From Rhodobacter capsulatus SB 1003 (GTDB taxonomy: Bacteria > Pseudomonadota > Alphaproteobacteria > Rhodobacterales > Rhodobacteraceae), in the NCBI RefSeq assembly GCF_000021865.1, contig NC_014034.1, positions 360,001 through 392,000 on the forward strand: a stretch of 32,000 nucleotides of DNA. The letters run 5' to 3'. Shown here in pieces: positions 26,365 to 32,000 of this stretch. Both the position numbers and the translations under genes were made by a program. The notes beneath the pieces are model-generated. The model was not told where the DNA came from. It saw only the letters and a program-made list of their open reading frames with translations, and did no database searches. Position 1 is the first letter of the stretch. Every line of letters begins with the position of its first letter.

Positions 26365-28311
26365 TCAGTCCCTTGCCAGCGCCTCGACAGGGTCGAGCTT
26401 GGCCGCCGCCCGGGCAGGCAGAAAGCCGAAACTGACCCCGATCAGCGACGAACACAGGAAGGCCAGCGCCGCTACAGGGGCCGAGAACGAGAGCTTCATC
26501 GCGGTCTGGAAGCTGTTGAAGACCTGCCCCGCCGCAAGTGCCAGCGCCACGCCCAGAAGCCCGCCCAGAAGACAGATCAGCACCGCCTCGATCAGGAATT
26601 GCGCCACGATGTCGGATCGGCGCGCGCCGACCGCCACCCGCACGCCGATTTCCGCGGTGCGTTCGGTGACCGACACCAGCATGATGTTCATCACCCCGAT
26701 GCCGCCCACCACCAGCGAAATCAGCGCGATGGCGGCGACGAGAATGGTCATCGTCTGCGTCGTCTGGGTGATCGTGTTGCGGATCGTGTCGGCGTTTTGC
26801 AAGAAGAAATCCTTCTTGCCGTGGCGTTGCTCGATCAGCGCGGAAATCTGCCCCTCGGCATCGGCCATGGTCACGGTGTCGGCCACTTTCACCGCGATCG
26901 AATTGATCGTGTTCGAGCCGGTGATCCGCACCGAAGCCGTGGTGAAGGGGGTGAAGACGCGCACCTGCGTCGGGCCGAAGCCGGAACTGGTCGCCTCGAC
27001 CCGGCCGATGATGCGCAAGGGCACTTTGCCGATCAGGATGGTCTTGCCAAGGACAGAGCCGCCCTGCGGGAAGAAGGCCTTGTAAGCCTCGGCATCCAGC
27101 ACGGCCACCTGCGCGCGGGCGTCGATCATCGCCTGATCGATCAGCATGCCCTCGCGCAGGGTGAACCCGCCAACGTCGAAATAGCCCGCCGAAACCCCGC
27201 GCAAGGAGACCGAGGTGGTGATGGCGCCCAGCGTCGCGGATTTCTGCGTGCTGATTTCGGGGCTGACCGAGGCGGTGAAGGGCTGCGCCGCCAGTGCCAC
27301 TGCATCGGCCACGACAAGGGTGCGGATGCGGCTGGCCATGCGGTCGCCAAAGCCCGTGCCGGGGCGGATGGTGATGGTGTTGGTCCCCAGCGCCGAGATG
27401 CCCGAGAGCACCTTTTCCTGACTGCCCTTGCCAAGCGCCACCACCGACACCACCGAGGCGATGCCGATGATGATGCCGAGCATGGTCAGGAAGCTGCGCA
27501 GCCGATGCGCGGCAAGCGCCTTGACCGCCATCCGCGCGGCTTCGCCCAGGCGCCCGACAAAGGCGCCGGGGCCGGCGCGCTCGACCGTCGGGCGGTCCAG
27601 CGCCGCCGCCGAGGGGGCGGGGGGGCCGGGGCGGCTGTCGGAGAGGATCGCACCGTCGCGGATCTGGATGATGCGGCTGGCCCGGGCGGCAACGTCGGGA
27701 TCATGGGTGATCACGACGATCGTATGGCCGCGCCGGTGCAGATCGTCGAAAAGATGCAAAAGCTCGGTGCCCGAGACGCTGTCCAGCGCGCCGGTGGGTT
27801 CGTCGGCCAGGATCACCTCGCCGCCGTTCATCAGCGCACGCGCGACCGAGACCCGCTGCTGCTGCCCGCCCGAGAGCTGCGACGGGCGATTGTGCAGCCG
27901 GTTGCCAAGGCCGAGCCGGGTCAGCAATTCCTCGGCCCGGGGCTGGCGCCTGCTGGCTTCGGTGCCCGCATAGATCGCCGGGATTTCCACGTTGCCCACC
28001 GCCGAAAGCGCACCAAGCAGCTGATAACGCTGGAAGATGAAGCCGAAATGTTCGCGCCGCAGCTTGGCCAGCGCGTCATTGTCAAGCCCGCTCACATCCT
28101 GCCCGTCATAGGCATAGCTGCCGCGCGTCGGGTGATCGAGACAGCCGATCAGGTTCATCAGCGTCGATTTGCCGGACCCCGAAGCGCCGATGATGGCGAC
28201 GTAATCGCCGCGCCAGATGTCCAGATCGATGCCGCGCAGGACAGAGACCGCCTCGTCGCCGATCACGTAATCCTTGCCGATGCCGCGCAGGCGAATGATC
28301 GGCGCGTCCAT
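26365..28311 (-). CDS. macB: MacB-type efflux ABC transporter, fused ATPase-permease
   Basis: 648 aa. Walker A GASGSGKSTLMN, LSGGQQQRVSVARAL, Walker B ILADEPTGALD, followed by a large periplasmic loop and an FtsX-type 4-TM domain. Confidence 0.9.
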   Translation of the reverse strand: MDAPIIRLRGIGKDYVIGDEAVSVLRGIDLDIWRGDYVAIIGASGSGKSTLMNLIGCLDHPTRGSYAYDGQDVSGLDNDALAKLRREHFGFIFQRYQLLGALSAVGNVEIPAIYAGTEASRRQPRAEELLTRLGLGNRLHNRPSQLSGGQQQRVSVARALMNGGEVILADEPTGALDSVSGTELLHLFDDLHRRGHTIVVITHDPDVAARASRIIQIRDGAILSDSRPGPPAPSAAALDRPTVERAGPGAFVGRLGEAARMAVKALAAHRLRSFLTMLGIIIGIASVVSVVALGKGSQEKVLSGISALGTNTITIRPGTGFGDRMASRIRTLVVADAVALAAQPFTASVSPEISTQKSATLGAITTSVSLRGVSAGYFDVGGFTLREGMLIDQAMIDARAQVAVLDAEAYKAFFPQGGSVLGKTILIGKVPLRIIGRVEATSSGFGPTQVRVFTPFTTASVRITGSNTINSIAVKVADTVTMADAEGQISALIEQRHGKKDFFLQNADTIRNTITQTTQTMTILVAAIALISLVVGGIGVMNIMLVSVTERTAEIGVRVAVGARRSDIVAQFLIEAVLICLLGGLLGVALALAAGQVFNSFQTAMKLSFSAPVAALAFLCSSLIGVSFGFLPARAAAKLDPVEALARD

Positions 28312-28312
28312 C

Positions 28313-29485
28313 TCAGAACCCCATCATCGGCGGCCGGTTGCGGCGGCCGGTGTCGGAATTCGCCGCCGAGATCGAGGGCAGCACCACCGCCTCGCCCTCG
28401 GTCAGCCCCGAGGTCACCTCGGCCAGCGTATCGGTCATCATGCCGACGCCGATCTGCCGCGGCGTGTTCTGCCCGGTCGCCGGGTCGTAAACCGCCACCT
28501 CGGCCTTGCCGCCCGACACCCGCGGGATCGCCGTCACCGGCACCGTCAGCACGTTCTTGCGGGCCTCCAGCGTGATCGTCACCTCGGCCGACATGCCGAT
28601 GCGCAGGATGCCGTCGGGGTTCGCCACATCCAGCAGCGCGTTGTAATAGATCGCCTCGTCGGTATCGATCGTGTCCGAGGTCTCGATGCTGGCGGGGGCC
28701 GGTTCCAGCGCCCGCAAGGTTGCGGAAAAGGCTTTCGTCAGCGAGGAATTCAGCGTGAATTCCGCCGCTTGCCCCGGCTTCACCGCCACCACATCGGCTT
28801 CGGAAATCTCCGCCTTGACCACCATCCGGTCCAGCTCGGCCAGTTTCACGATCGTCGGGCTGGAGGTGTTGGCATTCAGCGTCGTGCCTTCCTCGGACAC
28901 GATCGCCACCACCGTCCCCGAGATCGGCGCCGAAATCCGCGTCCGCGCCAGCTCGGTCTGCGAGGAGCTGAGCGTCACCTGCGCCTCGTCCAGCTGCGCC
29001 TTGAGCCCCTCAAGCTCGGCCTGAGCCACATCCAGCGTGGCTTCGGCGGTTTCGCGGGTTTCATCCGAACTCAGCGCTTTGGAATTCAGCGTCGTCTGCC
29101 GGGTCAGCGACAGTTCCGCCACCCGGATCGCGGCCTCCTTGGCCCGGATCTGCGCCTGCAGCTGCTTCAGCGCGGCCTCGGCGCGGGCGACATCGGCGCG
29201 CTGGTCGGAACTGTCGATCTGGGCGATCAGATCGCCCTTTTGCACCCGGTCGCCCAGGGCCACGGCCAGCGTCTGCAGCTGCCCCGAAACCTGCGCACCG
29301 ACCGAGACCAGCTGCGCCGCCTCGATCGTGCCCGAGGCCAGGACCGTCTTTGACAGATCGGCGCGGGTGACGGTGGCGGTCAGCGGCGCCTGCGGCTCTT
29401 CGGCGGTGCCAAGCGTCCAGACCGCAGCCCCGGCCGCTGCCAGCATCAACACGAGGGAGAGGGCAATCAGGTGTCTTTTTCGCAT
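28313..29485 (-). CDS. macA: MacA-type periplasmic adaptor (HlyD/RND membrane fusion family)
   Basis: N-terminal anchor MRKRHLIALSLVLMLAAAGAAVW, lipoyl/coiled-coil regions (...LQAQIRAKEAAIRVAE...LEGLKAQLDEAQV...) and a beta-barrel C-terminus. The stop lies 1 nt before the macB ATG. Alternative ATG at 29512. Confidence 0.88.
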   Translation of the reverse strand: MRKRHLIALSLVLMLAAAGAAVWTLGTAEEPQAPLTATVTRADLSKTVLASGTIEAAQLVSVGAQVSGQLQTLAVALGDRVQKGDLIAQIDSSDQRADVARAEAALKQLQAQIRAKEAAIRVAELSLTRQTTLNSKALSSDETRETAEATLDVAQAELEGLKAQLDEAQVTLSSSQTELARTRISAPISGTVVAIVSEEGTTLNANTSSPTIVKLAELDRMVVKAEISEADVVAVKPGQAAEFTLNSSLTKAFSATLRALEPAPASIETSDTIDTDEAIYYNALLDVANPDGILRIGMSAEVTITLEARKNVLTVPVTAIPRVSGGKAEVAVYDPATGQNTPRQIGVGMMTDTLAEVTSGLTEGEAVVLPSISAANSDTGRRNRPPMMGF

Positions 29486-29715
29486 CGGGTCCGGTCCAAT
29501 CGACGCCGTCATGGCAATCAGAGGTCTTACGCAGGAGATAGCGGTTTCCGGCGTTTGTCATCGGCACTGACGCCGGGCCGGGGCGCCGATCACGGGATCG
29601 TGCGCAAGATCGCAACCGGGCCGCGGCGCAAAGGCCCCGCTCTCTCCCTTCCCCGGTCACGCTTTGGCCGCAATGGCGGACAAGACTGGGCGGGCCAACC
29701 GGAATGGAGACCAAA

Positions 29716-29874
29716 ATGGCACGCAAGCTCCTGGCCCTGATCGCGAAATGGCGGTCGTCCGAAGATGCGGTCTTTGCGACCCGCCTGTCGCTTCTGGCCG
29801 AAGGGGTCGCGCCGGGGCGGCTGCACGGGCCGCTGTCGCCCTTCCGCTTCGTCGCGCCGCGCCGCGCCCTCTGA
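29716..29874 (+). CDS. Candidate small protein (52 aa), not in the supplied ORF track
   Basis: ATG at 29716 with GGAG 6 nt upstream. Product: MARKLLALIAKWRSSEDAVFATRLSLLAEGVAPGRLHGPLSPFRFVAPRRAL. Third codon positions are overwhelmingly G/C, as in genuine genes here. Stop TGA abuts the mipZ stop (TGATCA). I recognise no homolog. Confidence 0.35.
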   Translation: MARKLLALIAKWRSSEDAVFATRLSLLAEGVAPGRLHGPLSPFRFVAPRRAL

Positions 29875-30684
29875 TCAGAAATCGACCGTCACGCCGGGCA
29901 GGTTGAGATCGCGCACCAGATCGCGCAGCTCCTGCCGCGCCGCGATGTTCGAGATGTTCAGGTTCTCCACGCCCAGATCGCGCAGATCAAGCAGCGTCAT
30001 GCCGCGCGGGAACAGCTCGCGGAAGATCACCCGTTCCGAAAACCCGGGCGCGACGCGAAAGCCGATGCGTTTCGACAGCTGCTCCAAGGCCTCGCCGACC
30101 TTGCGCTTGTTATGCGCCTGCTGCGAGCTCATCCGGTTGCGCAGCACCAGCCAGTCGATCGGCTTCAGCCCCGCCCGCGCCCGCAGCTGCCGCGCCGACC
30201 AGACCATTTCCGAATAGATCGAGGGGCCGGTGACCTTGGAGGTCTCGGGGTCGATCCGGGCAAGCAGGTCGAAATCGATGAAACTGTCATTGAGCGGCGT
30301 GATCAGCGTGTCGGCCAGCGAATGCGCCACCTGGCTGAGGCGGGTATGCGAACCGGGGCAGTCGATCACCACGAAATCGCAGACCGGGTCCAGCTCGGCC
30401 ACGACCGAGGACAGCCGGTGGTCATAGGGGTTTTCGCCGGGGGCAAGCGTCGCGGCATCGGCCTCGGGCAGTTCGCGGTATTCGGGCGAGGGCAGGTCCA
30501 GCCCCTCGCGCGCCAGGAAGGCCAGCCGGTTCTCGACATAACGGCCGAAGCTGCGCTGCCGCAGGTCGAGATCGAGCGCGCCGACCTTCTTGCCCATGCG
30601 CGCCAGAGCGGTGGCCACATGCATGCAGGTGGTGGATTTGCCCGAGCCGCCCTTTTCATTGCCGACAACGATGATATGCGCCAC
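29875..30684 (-). CDS. mipZ: Division-plane positioning ATPase MipZ (ParA-like)
   Basis: The GTG start at 30684 gives VAHIIVVGNEKGGSGKSTTCMHVATALARMGKKVGALDLDLRQRSF, which closely resembles the Caulobacter MipZ N-terminus (deviant Walker A). The 91-aa upstream extension in the track runs through hairpin repeats and is rejected. Confidence 0.88.
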   Translation of the reverse strand: MAHIIVVGNEKGGSGKSTTCMHVATALARMGKKVGALDLDLRQRSFGRYVENRLAFLAREGLDLPSPEYRELPEADAATLAPGENPYDHRLSSVVAELDPVCDFVVIDCPGSHTRLSQVAHSLADTLITPLNDSFIDFDLLARIDPETSKVTGPSIYSEMVWSARQLRARAGLKPIDWLVLRNRMSSQQAHNKRKVGEALEQLSKRIGFRVAPGFSERVIFRELFPRGMTLLDLRDLGVENLNISNIAARQELRDLVRDLNLPGVTVDF

Positions 30685-30806
30685 GAATCCACCCCGTCTT
30701 GCGGCCCTCAGACGGCCCGCGCGTTTATAGGACGCTCCGGCTACCGAAGGAAGCGCGCCGGTGCAAGGGGGGAGGCGCAAAGGGTTTGAACGGTCGCGGG
30801 GGTGTT

Positions 30807-30830
30807 TCGCCTCGGGCAAGCCCGAGGCGA
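30807..30830. other. Perfect 10-bp stem-loop in the mipZ upstream region
   Basis: TCGCCTCGGG-caag-CCCGAGGCGA. Confidence 0.6.
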
Positions 30831-30833
30831 CCC

Positions 30834-30899
30834 GCGGGGGGCTTCGCCCCCCGCACCCCCCCAGCGTATTTTGCCAAGGAAAAGGGGGGCGGAGCCCCC
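30834..30899. repeat. REP-like intergenic element, copy B
   Basis: GCGGGGGGC-ttc-GCCCCCCGC hairpin, then CACCCCCCC..gcgTATTTtgcCAAGgaaAAGGGGGGCGG-a-GCCCCC. It is colinear with copy A at 7444-7510. Confidence 0.6.
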
Positions 30900-30927
30900 T
30901 CTGGCGGTCGGGTGGCGCCGCGCAAAC

Positions 30928-30950
30928 AAAAGGGCGCCCGAAGGCGCCCT
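30928..30950 (-). terminator. Rho-independent terminator of rpmE
   Basis: On the minus strand, AGGGCGCC-ttcg-GGCGCCCT is followed by TTTTGTTTG, about 20 nt after the rpmE stop. Confidence 0.8.
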
Positions 30951-30972
30951 TTCGCAACAGTCACGCGGCAGC

Positions 30973-31194
30973 TCAGAAACCGAGGCCGGCGTATTTGTTC
31001 TTGAACTTCGACACGCGGCCGCCGGTGTCCATCAGCTTGGCCGAACCGCCGGTCCAGGCCGGGTGCGCCAGCGGATCGATGTCGAGCGCCATCGTATCGC
31101 CTTCCTTGCCCCAGGTGGACTTGGTCAGATATTCCGAGCCGTCGGTCATCTTGACGGTGATGAAGTGGTAATTCGGGTGGGTATCGGCTTTCAT
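30973..31194 (-). CDS. rpmE: 50S ribosomal protein L31
   Basis: The internal ATG at 31194 (GGAG upstream) gives the 73-aa [22 protein letters not shown]...[15 protein letters not shown], a canonical L31. The 243-aa track ORF is over-extended through rplS. Confidence 0.93.
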   Translation of the reverse strand: MKADTHPNYHFITVKMTDGSEYLTKSTWGKEGDTMALDIDPLAHPAWTGGSAKLMDTGGRVSKFKNKYAGLGF

Positions 31195-31205
31195 CGTCCC
31201 GCTCC

Positions 31206-31580
31206 TTATTCGGCTTTGGCTTTGTAGTTGGTGACTTCGGCGATCCGAGCCGATTTGCCGCGACGCGAACGCAGGTAGTAGAGTTTCGCACGACGGACGC
31301 GACCGCGACGCACCACTTCGATGCTGTCGATGTTGGTCGAGTAGAGCGGGAACACCCGTTCCACGCCTTCGCCGAACGAGATCTTGCGCACGGTGAACGA
31401 GGCCGCGATGGTCGAGCCGCCCTTGCGGGCGATGCAGACGCCTTCGTACATCTGCACGCGCGAGCGGGTGCCTTCGGTCACCTTGTAGCCGACGCGCACG
31501 GTGTCGCCAGCCTTGAAGTCGGGGATGGTCTTGCCGAGGGCGGCGATCTGTTCCGCCTCGAGTTGCGCGATAAGGTTCAT
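31206..31580 (-). CDS. rplS: 50S ribosomal protein L19
   Basis: 124 aa. [54 protein letters not shown] is a canonical L19. Confidence 0.95.
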   Translation of the reverse strand: MNLIAQLEAEQIAALGKTIPDFKAGDTVRVGYKVTEGTRSRVQMYEGVCIARKGGSTIAASFTVRKISFGEGVERVFPLYSTNIDSIEVVRRGRVRRAKLYYLRSRRGKSARIAEVTNYKAKAE

Positions 31581-31750
31581 CGCAAATCCTTTCGTTGCTT
31601 GCGGTTATGTCCGCAAAGGTGTCGCCGCCCGAGAGCTCCGGTCTTCGCCCGGGTCCGCGCCTGTTGCCAGGGGCGCCCGCCGGAGGATCGTTCGTCCTGT
31701 TCAAGCCCCGTCCAAGGCCCCATGCTGTGGTCGAAGAAGACCGCCGCAGG

Positions 31751-31789
31751 CAAAGGAAAAGGGTCCGAGAGCCGATTCCGGCCCGGACC
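31751..31789 (-). terminator. Rho-independent terminator of the upstream (partial) gene
   Basis: On the minus strand, GGTCCGG...CTCGGACC stem (31789-31762) followed by CTTTTCCTTTG. Confidence 0.55.
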
Positions 31790-31845
31790 AGCGCGGCATA
31801 CGGGGAAACGGGCGGCGGATCAAGGGGGAAGTGGGGCGGGCGCGC

Positions 31846-32000
31846 TCATGTCCTCTCCTTCAGCCAGCGGCGCAGCCGCCCGCGCGCATTGGCGTAAGGC
31901 GAGGCCGAGTTGAAATGGATCATCCGGCCTTTCGTCCATTTGCCATACCACAGCCGCCCGTAAAGCTCCTCCTCCGACCGCGCCGCCACCGCGTGTATCA
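31846..32000 (-). CDS. C-terminal end of an unidentified protein (5' end outside the window)
   Basis: An open frame from the window edge reads ...IHAVAARSEEELYGRLWYGKWTKGRMIHFNSASPYANARGRLRRWLKERT, ending at TGA (31848-31846). It is followed by the terminator above. No family is recognised. Confidence 0.5.
   Translation of the reverse strand, partial: IHAVAARSEEELYGRLWYGKWTKGRMIHFNSASPYANARGRLRRWLKERT

Noticed and set aside
25321-28575. 1084-aa ORF on the plus strand
   Set aside because: It is antisense to the cNMP/CBS/NTase gene, macB and the end of macA. It is an R/G/D/H-rich artefact. The same reasoning applies to 5311-6648(-), 182-1249(-), 2820-3881(-), 22039-24279(-), 19940-20983(-), 15437-17167(+) and 28274-29353(+).
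7444-30899. The G-run/C-run hairpins as a CRISPR-like or tandem repeat array
   Set aside because: The copies are single, dispersed in separate intergenic regions many kb apart, differ in length and have no regularly spaced unique spacers. No cas genes are present.
30685-30957. 91-aa N-terminal extension of the mipZ ORF (track start 30957)
   Set aside because: The extension runs through four intergenic hairpins and the rpmE terminator and has a P/G/R-rich composition. MipZ homology starts at the GTG at 30684, immediately before the Walker A motif.

Overview
This is a GC-rich chromosomal segment (roughly two-thirds G+C by eye, not computed) from an alphaproteobacterium. The proteins at 2.9-7.4 kb read as the bztABCD Glu/Gln/Asp/Asn ABC transporter operon described in Rhodobacter capsulatus, so a Rhodobacter-like source is likely.

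The window is densely packed with housekeeping genes.
- Plus strand, 1-7.4 kb: crcB (partial), an RluA-family pseudouridine synthase, a HAD phosphatase and an ATP12 chaperone, coupled by ATGA overlaps, followed by bztABCD.
- Minus strand, 7.5-9.5 kb: argB, a QueG-like Fe-S protein and a SixA-like phosphatase, coupled by overlapping start and stop codons.
- Plus strand, 9.7-10.4 kb: an SDR oxidoreductase.
- Minus strand, 17.2 to 10.4 kb: rpmH, rnpA, yidD, ttcA, a degenerate GGDEF-EAL protein, yidC, a MOSC protein and engB.
- 17.5-24.4 kb: an orphan histidine kinase, tRNA-Arg(ACG), a short asparaginase, a small membrane protein, pepT and tex.
- Minus strand, 24.4-32.0 kb: a cNMP/CBS/nucleotidyltransferase signalling protein downstream of macA-macB, then mipZ, rpmE, rplS and a partial unknown gene.

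I see no transposase, integrase, phage genes, CRISPR array, toxin-antitoxin pair or recognisable defence island. I cannot honestly point to a clear new multi-gene system.

The items most worth a second look are:
- a membrane GGDEF-EAL protein with both catalytic signatures degenerate, sitting inside the rnpA/yidC neighbourhood;
- the macAB plus COG2905-type signalling gene arrangement;
- a recurring REP-like intergenic element built around GGGGGC-N3-GCCCCC hairpins;
- a near-consensus sigma-54 type -24/-12 element upstream of bztA;
- an unlisted 52-codon ORF convergent with mipZ.

Several very long ORFs in the six-frame track (up to 1362 aa) are antisense artefacts of the high GC content.
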